Shown here: one piece after another, positions 37,932 through 49,174 of the stretch
How positions within the stretch are numbered: position 1 is the stretch's first letter
Layout: the number at the start of each line of letters is the position of its first letter
Origin: Bacteroidota bacterium
Lineage (GTDB): Bacteria > Bacteroidota > Bacteroidia > Bacteroidales > B39-G9
NCBI GenBank assembly: GCA_015222055.1
Contig: JADFUR010000116.1
Location: forward strand, 93,658-157,657
Reading direction: 5' to 3'
DNA length: 64,000 nt
Translations under genes and position numbers: made by a program
Notes under the pieces: model-generated
The model's database searches: none
The model's input: only the letters and a program-made list of their open reading frames with translations
What the model was told of the DNA's origin: nothing

Positions 37932-40253
37932 TCATTTTTTGTTTGAAACATTTACATAAAAACGAATTTTATCTTTATACCCGTCTTCATCTGTTACCAA
38001 CAAATTGTGCCATCCTTTGTTTATATCTATAGCTTTTACGTGTTTGTCGCTTGTACTGCCAAGATAAATATCGTCTATATACCAAAAGACTGTTTTCTCA
38101 GACATTTTATGTGCTACTCTCGCTATTAGTTTTTGATGTTTTCCGTTAAAATCTCTTGGTATCCAAATGCGGGCATTGTTTCTTGGATATATAAAACTTA
38201 ATGGTTTACTGCTTTGTTTTTTATTGCATTTAGGATTGTGAGTAGGAATATTTTCAATAGTTTGTCCACGTTTTTTTAATTGATATAAAACATCCACAGG
38301 ATAATTGAGATAATGTTTCTCGTGAAAACCTTTTTCCCAACACCATGAACAAACAGTATATTCTTCATCCTTATCTACAAATATATTTTTATGATAAGGG
38401 CATAACTTTAAAGGTTTCATATTTTCGGGAACATAAACCATCTCTGTGTTATCGCAATAAGGACCAGCTAAAAAACCGGTCTCTTTACATACTTTAATTG
38501 TTTTAAAATCAATTTCATTTTTAGTAAACCATTTTATTCTATTATTGTGCGGCAGAGAATTTAAGATGTCGAAAAGCAATGGACCAGCACTTTTTGCACC
38601 TGCATTATTTACATTTCCTTCACCTGTAAAATTACCTGTCCAAACGGCAATTGTCCATTGAGGAGTAACACCAACAGCCCATGCGTCTTTATGTCCGTAG
38701 CTTGTGCCTGTTTTCCATGCAATTGGTTTTTGATTGTGATATTGTTGCCAGTAATATTCTGCTCCCGGACGTTTTAATTCCTTTAACATTTCTAAAGTAA
38801 GATAGCAAGCACCGGGGCTAATTAATTGAAGACTATTGTTTTTGTTTATTGTTGAATCTTTTTTAAGATAATATGAATTGTTGATTTTCCCGTTTTTAGC
38901 CAACCCACGAAATAATTTTACCATATCCCACATAGTAACTTCAGCACCTCCAATAATTAAGGGTAAACCATAATCATCAGCCGGACGAAACAATGTTGTT
39001 ATACCTGCATATTTAAGGAATGAATAAAAACGATATACTCCGTATGTATTAAGTAAACGTACTGCAGGAACGTTAAGTGAATGGACTAAGGCTTCTTTTG
39101 CACTTACTATACCAATAAATTTTTTGTCGGCATTGTGAGGCGAAAATGCATCAAAATATGTTGGTACATCTTTAATAAGAGTTTGTGGAATAATTATTCC
39201 TTCATCAATTGAAAGTGCATATAAAAAAGGTTTTAATATCGAACCTGATGAACGAGGAGCATTTACGCCATCTACCTGCCCTTGGCTATCAAAATCAAAA
39301 TAATCCTGTGAGCCAACATAGGCTCTTACTTTTCCTGTTTGAGTTTCAATAACTAGAGCTGCACCGTTTCGTATTCCTTGTCGTTGAAGAAATGCTATAT
39401 GTTGTTTACAAAGAATTTCTGTATACTCTTGAATGTCAGCATCAATTGTTGTTTTTACAATTTTTTTACTTTTGTTGTTAGAATGAATTTTTTGAGTTAA
39501 ATGAGGTGCAATAATTTTGAATCTATGCACTTTCAATGGTATTGGTTCTAATAAGGCTAGTTCGAGCGTTTTTTTATTAATTTTATTCTTTTTAAATAAT
39601 TTTTTTAAAAGAGAATTTCTTTTTTCTTTTAATTTCTTTTGATTTTTCGATGGGGAAACTAAACCAGGTGCGTTTGGAAGAACTGCGAGAGTAGAGGCTT
39701 CTGCCCAGCTGAGTTTTTGTGCAGGTTTGTCAAAATAACGATACGAAGCAGCTCTGTAACCCTTAATATTACCTCCAAATGGAGCATGATTAAGATATAA
39801 CATTAATATTTTATTTTTTGAATAATAGAATTCAATTTTTAGAGCTTCAAACATTTCAATAATCTTATTGAAAAAAGTCCTTTTTCTGTGTTTCCTAATT
39901 CTTGCAAGCTGCATAGTGATAGTGCTTGCCCCACTCACAATATGTTTCTCCGAAATGTTCTGATATGTTGCTCTAACTATTGAAACAGGATTAATTCCAA
40001 TATGCCATTTGAAGTAGTTGTCTTCGAAACAGATAATTGATTCTTTAAGTTTGTCTGGAATTTTAATAGTGTCCTCCGGAGGAAGACACCATTGTTCATT
40101 ATTATTAAGGAAAATTCTTAAAACCTTCCCGTTTTTATCTTTAACTATTTGGCTATAGTCTGTTTCAAAAAATGGTGAAGAAAAAGGTATAAAAAAACAA
40201 ATAATCAATAATACTCCTAATGCAACAAATACTTTTTTTATGGTTTTATTCAT
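37932..40253 (-). CDS. pbpC: penicillin-binding protein 1C
   Basis: GT51 motifs EDNYFKWHIGINP and GASTITMQLAR. Transpeptidase SxxK (SGSILKP) and KTGTS. C-terminal PbpC-type beta domain. Immediately downstream of the alpha-2-macroglobulin gene. Confidence 0.9.
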   Translation of the reverse strand: MNKTIKKVFVALGVLLIICFFIPFSSPFFETDYSQIVKDKNGKVLRIFLNNNEQWCLPPEDTIKIPDKLKESIICFEDNYFKWHIGINPVSIVRATYQNISEKHIVSGASTITMQLARIRKHRKRTFFNKIIEMFEALKIEFYYSKNKILMLYLNHAPFGGNIKGYRAASYRYFDKPAQKLSWAEASTLAVLPNAPGLVSPSKNQKKLKEKRNSLLKKLFKKNKINKKTLELALLEPIPLKVHRFKIIAPHLTQKIHSNNKSKKIVKTTIDADIQEYTEILCKQHIAFLQRQGIRNGAALVIETQTGKVRAYVGSQDYFDFDSQGQVDGVNAPRSSGSILKPFLYALSIDEGIIIPQTLIKDVPTYFDAFSPHNADKKFIGIVSAKEALVHSLNVPAVRLLNTYGVYRFYSFLKYAGITTLFRPADDYGLPLIIGGAEVTMWDMVKLFRGLAKNGKINNSYYLKKDSTINKNNSLQLISPGACYLTLEMLKELKRPGAEYYWQQYHNQKPIAWKTGTSYGHKDAWAVGVTPQWTIAVWTGNFTGEGNVNNAGAKSAGPLLFDILNSLPHNNRIKWFTKNEIDFKTIKVCKETGFLAGPYCDNTEMVYVPENMKPLKLCPYHKNIFVDKDEEYTVCSWCWEKGFHEKHYLNYPVDVLYQLKKRGQTIENIPTHNPKCNKKQSSKPLSFIYPRNNARIWIPRDFNGKHQKLIARVAHKMSEKTVFWYIDDIYLGSTSDKHVKAIDINKGWHNLLVTDEDGYKDKIRFYVNVSNKK

Positions 40254-40266
40254 TTGTATTAGTTGT

Positions 40267-43200
40267 TTAAGGCTTTACAACCTTTACTCTTTTGCCTTTT
40301 TTTGTTGCTTTATAGTTCCCGTTATACATTGCCTCAACTAATGTTGGAGGCAAGTCGAATTCTCCAATTGTTACAGCATTAATCTTGACCACAAAATCCA
40401 ACTCGTTATAAATTGGCTTATGTTCATATAAATCAAAGAACCACATTATTCTGTCATCTCGAATATCAAGATATTCCTCATAATTTAATTTAAGAGCTTT
40501 TGTCCAGAGAGGTAATGAGTTGTTTAATAATCTTGTGTTTTCAATTTCCCATCCCGAAGGTAAAATTTGTACTAATGCAATTTCTTCAACTGATTTTAAA
40601 CTACTGATATTTTTAACATGAAAGTGTCCCCAGAAAGTAGTTCCTTGTTTTAGTTCTGAAATATCCGTAGAATTACCATCTTCATCATACCATTTTACGT
40701 TTAGAGAAAGGTTTTTTGCTTCGTCTTCTACTGTGCTTTTTAAAGGTACGCCATCCCACGACAAGTTAGAATAGACTTTTTTTACAGTAGTCTCATTACT
40801 GATAATTATTTTGAGTGATTTTCCAAAATTTTTGTTTATTTTTAAGCTATAAGATTTATTGCTGTCAAATGATTTTTTTGTCCCATCAGGCATGATAATT
40901 TGACCCTTAATTTTAACATTTTTCGAACCATTATTTAAAAAATTCATATATTTTCCCATTGCAAGAATAGAGTATCCTATCGTTTGAGTAGAATACCAAT
41001 CTCTGGCAGAAATAGCACTTGAAATATCTTTTACAAGCTTATCAGCAAGATCATATTTTTTTAATGTTACAAGAGCATCAAGTATCATTGCCTTATCTCT
41101 TAATGCGGAACCAAAAGATTTAGAGAATTTCGAGTAACTTTCTGTCGTTGTATTTGTGTTTTGAATTAAAGATTCGGCTTCGTTTGTTAAGCCTGCTAAA
41201 CTATATGAGGCTGCAAGCAACCATTTTTGTGTGTTGTTCATACTCTTTAGCTTGCTTTCTCTTAAAAGGTTCATTTCCGACATTGTGGCATTTCCCGAAA
41301 GAGCTAAAATATATGTTCTGTAAACTCGGAACATAATATCGCCTTTACTATTTTTGGCTTGACGGCGAGTGTAATTAAGCCAATTTTGATACAAATCGTC
41401 ACTAAGGTAATAACCAAGTTTTTTGGCTTCTACCATGAAATGACCTGCATATAAAGTTCCCCAATCGGAAATTTTATTGTCATAAGGCCAATAGCTAAAT
41501 GCTCCGTTAAATTGTTGAAACTTTCTTAAATTCCGTATTCCATAATTAATATTCCTGTCGATTTTTTCGGCATTTGCCGCAGGATATTCAATAAATTTTT
41601 AAGATATAATTGCGGGAATACTGCAGAAGTTGTTTGTTCTATACATCCATAAGGATATTGAATAAGCCATTTTAATCTGTGAGAAAAATTAACAACAGGG
41701 AAATTTGAAATTGTTAGTTCAGCACGATTTGTACCTTCAACCCCATTTTTCGGGATATTGATTAATTGTGTTTTCCCCGGAATTATTGTTGCATCAGAAG
41801 ACGAATAAATCCTTGGAGAAGAAGGTCTAACCATTAAATCGACAATATAATCGGCAGAATAATTTTCTGATTTTGCAGTAATAGTAACTTTCGATTGACC
41901 AGCTTTATCAATTGTTCGTAAATTAAAAGAGCAGTCCTTATCGTTTTTGTCTGTAAAATTCAACGTTTGAATATTTTTTCCGTCAACTTTTACAGAACCA
42001 TCGGTGATGACTTTAATACTTACTTTCCCAATATTGTTTTTCATTGCAAAAACAGAAATAGGGATAGTGAATTTTTCTGAAGGACCAATAACCTTTGGCA
42101 AGGTTGGTAATATCATTAGCTCTGATTTAACAGGAACTGTTTTTTCTGCTCGTGCATAACTGTTTCCTTTTTCTCCAATAACCATTATTCTTACCGAACC
42201 AACATAATTTGGCATATTAAATTTCACCGTAGCTTTCCCATTATTATCGGTCATTATTGGGCCTTTAAATAAACTTACAGGTTTAAATCTGCGTTTCCCT
42301 TTGTCTGGTTTTTCCTGTGATTCTCTATAATCCATATCGCCACCAATAGAAAATGTTTTAAAAACATCTCCTTTGTTAGCGGATATTATTTGAGAAAATA
42401 AATCATATGTATTAACATTTAAGCGTGTTTTTCTGAAAAAATATTTCCAAGGGTTAGGTGTTTTAAAGCGTGTGATATCCAGAAGCCCTTCGTCTACTAC
42501 TGCAATTGTAAATTGTGTTTGTTTATGTGATATGGTTTGTATCTCTATCTCAAAAGGTTTTTTTGGTCTAAATTGAGATTCTGTTTTTATCTCAAAATAG
42601 TGTCTTGTGTCTTTATCTTCAACCAATAAAGGTAAAATTCCAAACATTCTGATAGGGCGATCGTTTACAGTTTGTGAATGAGGTTGCATTAAAGATATTG
42701 ATACATAAGCATTTGGCACCATGTTTTTTGTGATTGGTATTTTAATATTCATCTCGCCATCTTTTTCCGGATAATACCATTTATGCTGAATAACTTTATT
42801 TTCTTTTTCTATACTCAGTAAAATAATTCCTTCTTTTGGAGAAGGAAACTGAATATTAGCTTCATCGCCTACATTATATTTATCTTTATCAGAATGAAGT
42901 GCAAGAGTTCCTGCATTTTTATCTCCTCCCGAACTTCCTCCATAAGGATATGCACTGAAAAATATTCCAGATGAATGACCTGTACCGGATGCGTCAGTTA
43001 CTTCAATTAGATAATTCCCTTCCTCAATTGGTAAAAATTTAATGTTGCTATGAAGTTTTTTACTTGTGATATTTCCTTCTTTAACTAAAACAGTATTGTT
43101 ATCGGTTTTAAAGCGAAGTTTTTTACTACTGTCGTATTGCCACCACCAATATTTATTGTTTCTATAAATACGATATTTAAGAGTTTTTCCTGCAACAGGT

Positions 43201-45725
43201 TTCCCTTCAGTGTTAACTAATATTGTTGGTATTTCGGCATCGTTGCCAGTTGTAACATAAGAATATTTAGGTGGTTGAATTCCTACATAATGAGAATACG
43301 GTTCAATGGGGATGTTTTTCCAATTGATATTTGGACGGCCACCTTTTTCCAAAACTTTTCCTGTAAGCTTAAGGTTTAGTGCAGATGGCACACCAACAAA
43401 AGATGGTAATCTCCATTCAAGTTCTTTAATCCCTTTTTCGTTAAGATTTCCTTTGAAAAGTTTTTTTTGAATAATTTTAAAATCAATACATGGATTTTTA
43501 AAAACAAAATTTTTATATTTTGGAAATACTTTATCTCTTTTTGAAATTTCTAAATCGACTTCAGCGGATAGGTTTGTTGCAGGATTTCCAAATAAATATT
43601 TGCTTTCTATTTTAAATTTTAGAACATCTGTTTTATAAGATATGACTTTTGTTTTTGTTTTTAATTTTACTTTTAAGCGATATGGAACAATCGTTTCAAT
43701 CTTAACTGTATGAGTAAAAGATTTATTTCCAATTTTTATTCTAGCAGTCCAGTTGCCTGTTGGATCCGATTGTTTTGTCTGTATTTTGAAATTGTAAAAT
43801 CCCCCCTGATTTTTTTTATTATTAATTGTATAAACTTTTTTTCCTTGTGGATTTTGCAATTCTAATGTTAAAGGATAATTGCTGGGGAATTTATTGCTTT
43901 GATGTTTTGCAATAACGGAAACATTAACTTCGTCTCCGGGTCTGTAAACACCGCGTTCGGTGTACATAAATGCCTTTGTCCCGGGCTTGTATTCATTTAT
44001 ACCTCCAACATCAAATCCTGAAGTATTCCATTGCATTTCGTTAAATTTAACAACACTTCGTTGTCCGTCACTTTCAGCTTCTATATAGTAATTGTAAATG
44101 TGACGGCAATTTAAAACGGCTTTCCCATCACTATCGGTTGTTGTTGATGTTGTTGATATTACAGAGTTGTCATTATATAATTTTTTAAGTTCTATTTTAA
44201 CATTGCTTAATGGCTTGCATGTTATTATATCAGTAGCAAATACGATAATGTTGTTTTTCGTTTTTTTACATGTTAAGCCAATATTACTAAAGAATAAGGG
44301 TTTATATATCTGACCATATTCTCCAATATAGTTGAATTTATTAGTATTAATTTCAACCAGCATATCCCGCGGGTTAAAATTTAGTCTTATAAGGTATAAA
44401 CCTTTATTGTTGTTTTTAATAATATCAGACAGGTTTATTTCGCTTAATAACCAAGTGTTTTTTTTGTTGTCGATTTCAAAAGTCTCGTTATGAATAATAA
44501 CACCAACCCGATTAGTATATGAACCATTAAAACCTGTTTTTCTATCGTTAAGACTATTAATTTTTTCGGTTCTTAAAAATTCTGACAGACGAGTTTCATA
44601 AACTTTTTTAACTTCAATATGAACTCTTTTTAAATTACTGGTATAAAATTGAAGTTTGTATTTATTTGAAGAAGGAAGAAAAACCCCATCACTGGCAAAT
44701 TCTATTTGTGGTTTAATATCAGAAAATTTAATAGTTTTGGCATATGTTGTTTTTGTAGATGTTCCCCAACGACTCCTTAAATTATTTTCAATAGTTATTT
44801 TATAACTACTCCCAAATTTAAAATTTGCATCAAGTATTAATGAATTTCCTAATTTTTGTATTTTCATATCCAGCTTAGGTTCTATTTTAATTAACCCGCT
44901 AATATTTTGTTGAGTGTCAAATTCGTCTGAGAATTCAATCCGTACTTTAGGAAATCTACCATCTTCATTTTTAACTACTTTAATTACTTTCATCTCTTCT
45001 AATGGTGTTACTTGAAAAGATTTTTCGAAATTATCAGAAAGCTTCATTTTATCTTTATTGATAAAAAAAGTGTAGTCATTTGTCTTGTTAGTTCTAATAA
45101 CATTTTCACTGGCAAAAGAAAAGCTCCTGTCATTAGATTCTTTATACCAATGTAAAGTGTGTCCTTTTGAACCGCTTTTTAAAGATATTGCATCTTCTAC
45201 CTCTTCGATTTCAGTTTCTTCTGTAAACGAAATTTTTCCTTGATAAATTAATAATTTAGGATTATTCCTGTCTTTAAGCTTCAATTCTCCTTTAAAAGAA
45301 GCTATTTCTCTCCCTATTATTGAGAAAGAGAATTTTAATGGTTTATTGACTTTATCCTTTAAATCAGAAGATAATTTTATCAAATTAATTTTTCCATCAT
45401 AATTTTTTCGGTATGGAAGTGGGTTTTTAGGTTCAAAAACTAAAACATCAGTACTTTTCCAATATGTTCTTCCTTTAATTGAAGGTGAAAAATCAAAAAT
45501 ATCATTTTCAAGTTCTTTATTTAATTCTTGTTTGTTAACCATTTTATTAACAAATCGAACTTGTATAATATCTTTGCTGTGAATATTCCCATTAGTAAGC
45601 TGACTAACAACTTTCGCCATTTTTTCACTAAAAATTATTGTGTGTGTTTTTTTTTCTTTGTCATTACTACATGAAACAATAATTATGCTAAGAAAGATTA
45701 GAAGTAAAGTTTGTAGATTTTTCAT
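40267..45725 (-). pseudogene. alpha-2-macroglobulin family lipoprotein (YfhM-like), reading frame broken by a 1-nt frameshift
   Basis: Lipoprotein signal (IIVSCS), long series of MG-type beta domains, thioester motif YPYGCIEQTTS. The gene is split into ORFs 41526..45725 (1399 aa) and 40267..41436 (389 aa). The downstream frame is already open from 41598 and reads A2M-like sequence (EYPAANAEKIDRNINYGIRNLRKFQQFNGAFSYWP). The total span is 5459 nt (3n+2), so one extra base would give an 1819-aa ORF. Confidence 0.85.
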
Positions 45726-45962
45726 TTGTGCGTATTTAATAATTTATAAAAAAATATTAGTTTAGTTGTTGAAATTTTTACACAAAATACAATTTGTTTT
45801 TTAAATAACGGATTATATTAAATTGTTTTATTTATACAAAAAGGAAACGAACAGATGCTCGAAATAGTCAGCTTTACGAATTACGATAGTCGAGTAGGTT
45901 AGTTTTTATATGGCGAGGTGTCTTGTCGTGAAATAGTGGTTTGTAAAAAAAGGTTAGAGCTA

Positions 45963-46015
45963 GAAAAAATAAGTTTGCTCAAATTAATACTAATTATATG
46001 TGTTAATTTGAGCAA
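45963..46015 (-). terminator. rho-independent terminator after glmS
   Basis: TTGCTCAAATTAA / TTAATTTGAGCAA, a 13-bp perfect stem with a 15-nt loop. On the minus strand it is followed by a T-rich run (plus-strand A6 at 45964-45969). Confidence 0.7.
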
Positions 46016-46023
46016 CTTGTTTT

Positions 46024-47859
46024 TTATTCAACGGTAACAGATTTTGCAAGATTTCTTGGTTGGTCAACGTTACATCCTCTCATCACAGCAATATAATATG
46101 ACAATAACTGAAGAGGCACAACAGTTAATAGTGGTGCTAAAGCTTGATCAGAATCCGGTATTTCAATTACATGGTCGGCTAAATTTTTAATAACTGTATC
46201 GCCTTCGGTAACAACAGCAATAACAACACCTTTTCTGGCTTTAATTTCTTGAATATTGCTAACAATTTTTTCGTAAGATTTGTCTTTAGTTGCAATAACA
46301 ACAACAGGCATCTTTTCATCAATTAAAGCAATTGGACCATGTTTCATTTCAGCAGCAGGATATCCTTCAGCATGTATATAAGATATTTCTTTTAGTTTTA
46401 ATGCTCCTTCTAATGCTACAGGAAAAAAATAACCTCTTCCCAGATATAAAAAATTTGTCGCATCTTTATATTTTGCGGCAATATTTTTAATATTTTCACA
46501 ATGTTTTAAAATTAAAGCAATTTTATCGGGAGTTTTTGTTAATTCTGCAATCAAATTTTTATATTCTTCCTGAGAAAGCACATTTCGTTTTTTACCTAAC
46601 AACATAGCCATCATAGTTAGAATTGTAACTTGAGATGTAAAAGCTTTTGTTGAAGCAACTCCAATTTCTGGTCCTGCGTGAGTGTAAACGCCGGCATCGG
46701 TTAATCTTGGTATGCTTGAACCAACAACATTGCATATACCAAGAACTATTGCTCCAGATTCTTGTGCTAATTTTATAGCTGCAAGAGTGTCGGCTGTTTC
46801 GCCACTTTGGCTTATTGCTATTATAATGTCATCTTTGTAGATGATAGGTTTTCTGTATCTGAATTCCGAAGCATATTCAACTTCAACAGGAATTTTTGCA
46901 TATTCTTCAATTAGATATTCCCCAACTAATCCAGCATGCCATGATGTTCCACATCCAATTATTATTATTCTTTTTGCTTCAACGAGTTTTGGTAAAACAT
47001 TGTATAAACCGCCCAAATAAATATCTGTTTTATTAGCAGACATTCGCCCTCTAAATGTATCAAGAATTGCTTTGGGTTGTTCAAATATTTCTTTTAACAT
47101 AAAATGATCAAAACCACCTTTTTCAATTTCTCCAATATCTAAATCTAAAGTTTGGATTTTAGGAATTTGTTTATCGTTGTGTATTGTTTTTATAGTGAGT
47201 TCGTCTTTTTTTATTATTGCAACGTCATTGTCGTTTAAATAAATCACACTATTAGTATATTCTACTATTGGAGTGGCATCAGAAGCAATATAATATTCTT
47301 TTTTTCCAATTCCAACAACCAAAGGACTTCCATTTCGTGCTGCAATTAATTGGTTTTGTTCTTCTTTGCAAGAAACTATTAAGCCATAAGTACCTATTAC
47401 TTTTGTTAAAGCTAAACGAACTGCAATCTCACCACTAACCTTACCTTTTAAGTATATATATTCAATCAGATTTGCTAAAATTTCTGTATCTGTTTGGCTT
47501 TTAAATGTATAGCCTCTTTTTTCTAATTTCGTTTTTAAACGGGAATAATTTTCGATTATTCCATTATGAATAACAACAAAATGACCATACTGTGATTTGT
47601 GTGGATGTGCGTTAACGTTGTTTGGTTCTCCATGAGTAGCCCAGCGTGTATGACCCATTCCTATTGAACCGGAAACATCTTTATTTTTAACAAAAGTTTC
47701 TAAATCGCTAACCTTTCCTTTACACTTATATATTCGAGTATCTCCGTTTATTATAGCAATTCCTGCAGAATCGTACCCTCTGTATTCTAATCGTTTTAAA
47801 CCGTTTATTAGCACAGGATATGCTTCTTTATTGCCAATATATCCTACAATTCCGCACAT
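46024..47859 (-). CDS. glmS: glutamine--fructose-6-phosphate aminotransferase (isomerizing)
   Basis: N-terminal nucleophile MCGIVGY, two SIS domains, C-terminal KSVTVE. 611 aa. Confidence 0.97.
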   Translation of the reverse strand: MCGIVGYIGNKEAYPVLINGLKRLEYRGYDSAGIAIINGDTRIYKCKGKVSDLETFVKNKDVSGSIGMGHTRWATHGEPNNVNAHPHKSQYGHFVVIHNGIIENYSRLKTKLEKRGYTFKSQTDTEILANLIEYIYLKGKVSGEIAVRLALTKVIGTYGLIVSCKEEQNQLIAARNGSPLVVGIGKKEYYIASDATPIVEYTNSVIYLNDNDVAIIKKDELTIKTIHNDKQIPKIQTLDLDIGEIEKGGFDHFMLKEIFEQPKAILDTFRGRMSANKTDIYLGGLYNVLPKLVEAKRIIIIGCGTSWHAGLVGEYLIEEYAKIPVEVEYASEFRYRKPIIYKDDIIIAISQSGETADTLAAIKLAQESGAIVLGICNVVGSSIPRLTDAGVYTHAGPEIGVASTKAFTSQVTILTMMAMLLGKKRNVLSQEEYKNLIAELTKTPDKIALILKHCENIKNIAAKYKDATNFLYLGRGYFFPVALEGALKLKEISYIHAEGYPAAEMKHGPIALIDEKMPVVVIATKDKSYEKIVSNIQEIKARKGVVIAVVTEGDTVIKNLADHVIEIPDSDQALAPLLTVVPLQLLSYYIAVMRGCNVDQPRNLAKSVTVE

Positions 47860-47865
47860 GTATTT

Positions 47866-49158
47866 TTATGATTTTGTGTAAGTTATTAATAATTTTATTT
47901 CTTTTTTTTGACTAGAATTTTTTAAAACAACCCTGTTTGTAGAACAATTACTATTCGGAATAGAAATATTAAAACTGCAATTGGTTTTTCCTTCACTCAC
48001 CAAATTTTGAAGATATTGAGTTATTATGAAATTATACGATTTTGTATTATAGTTATAATTTTGTGTGGAATAATACAAGCCTTTTGAACTGTTTTTTATA
48101 TAATCAGGTAAAAGTATAGATTCTCCTTCATCGTCAACACCTTTTATTCCTATATTAGATGGTATTGAATAAATGTTAGATTTTGTTATAAGAGAATCTC
48201 CTGTTTCAAGAATTAATTCTGCTTTATTAATTAATATTGGATATTGATTAACTAAAGCAGATAAATCAGGAATCGTTATTTCCCCTTTTAGACCATTCAT
48301 TGGTTGTATATAAATCACACTATCTGTATATGTAGTGTTTCCAATATTATTTATTGCAGAATTTGAATAATCGTGAGTAAATAAGTTATATCGATTATCA
48401 AAGCTGACAATAAAATCAAAAGTTTTAGAAACTGTATCGTTTGGCTCGCTATAGTATAGTTTAATAAACGTTGATGATGATGAAAGATTAAAACTTAATA
48501 TTGAGCCTCCCGCATCAACTTGATTTGTTGTTAAATAAAAACCTTTAAAGAAATCAAGGAAATTTGCAACATTTAAATATACAGTAGTGTCAGCATCAAT
48601 GAATCTTTGCCCTAATTCTTTGGGTAAGTTGATAGAAAATGGGAGAGTATCATTTGGCCTTGGATATATTATAGTGTCTAAAATAACAGCATCCTTTTTA
48701 TAGTAATCTTCTAAATTTATTTCTGAATAATAAGAAGAATCAATAGCAACGCTATCTGTTAATTCAAAAAATTTAAAGTTCTGTGGAGTTGTTGTGTCTC
48801 CATAATAGCTATGGTAGCTAAAATAAAGAACAAGAGAATCTGCCTTTAAATTAAGAGGTTTCTTGAAATTTGCAGTAAGACCTCTTGGATTAATTCTGAA
48901 AATAGTACTTGCTTTTGTATTACCAAAAATAGGATCAACATAACTCCCAAAAAGACTATACGTGGGATTTTTGTAAATCATTGAATCGTCGTAAAGTGTG
49001 TTAGCAGAAATTGAAGCTATAGAATCATAGCTTACAGTAATTTTGTCAGAATTAGGCTGAACTTCAAGACCTATTATACTAGCATCATCATTGCAACTAT
49101 ATGAAAATGCAAAAATAGTAATTAGAAATAATGATTTTTTTAAAAGACTACGCATCAA
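47866..49158 (-). CDS. DUF4270-like lipoprotein
   Basis: Lipoprotein signal (FSYSC), 430 aa. It sits in the conserved slot between glycogen synthase and glmS seen in many Bacteroidota. Family name is from recollection. Confidence 0.6.
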   Translation of the reverse strand: MMRSLLKKSLFLITIFAFSYSCNDDASIIGLEVQPNSDKITVSYDSIASISANTLYDDSMIYKNPTYSLFGSYVDPIFGNTKASTIFRINPRGLTANFKKPLNLKADSLVLYFSYHSYYGDTTTPQNFKFFELTDSVAIDSSYYSEINLEDYYKKDAVILDTIIYPRPNDTLPFSINLPKELGQRFIDADTTVYLNVANFLDFFKGFYLTTNQVDAGGSILSFNLSSSSTFIKLYYSEPNDTVSKTFDFIVSFDNRYNLFTHDYSNSAINNIGNTTYTDSVIYIQPMNGLKGEITIPDLSALVNQYPILINKAELILETGDSLITKSNIYSIPSNIGIKGVDDEGESILLPDYIKNSSKGLYYSTQNYNYNTKSYNFIITQYLQNLVSEGKTNCSFNISIPNSNCSTNRVVLKNSSQKKEIKLLITYTKS

Positions 49159-49174
49159 ATTTTGGGATTTTTAA

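Noticed and set aside
45840-45960. A relatively G+C-richer patch in the 298-bp spacer between the A2M start and the glmS terminator. It carries the 8-mer GAAATAGT twice (45861, 45930) and a related CGATAGTCGA (45884), and could be a small RNA or a protein-binding repeat.
   Set aside because: Only weak hairpins can be drawn (a 5-bp CTCGA/TCGAG stem). The only ORFs are tiny (8-15 aa) and have no start context. The repeats are short enough to be chance. I cannot support a feature without transcript or conservation data.
47860-47865. Possible glmS ribozyme/riboswitch upstream of glmS.
   Set aside because: Only 6 nt separate the glmS start (47859) from the stop of the upstream DUF4270-like gene (47866), so there is no room for a leader RNA. 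glmS is evidently co-transcribed with its neighbours.
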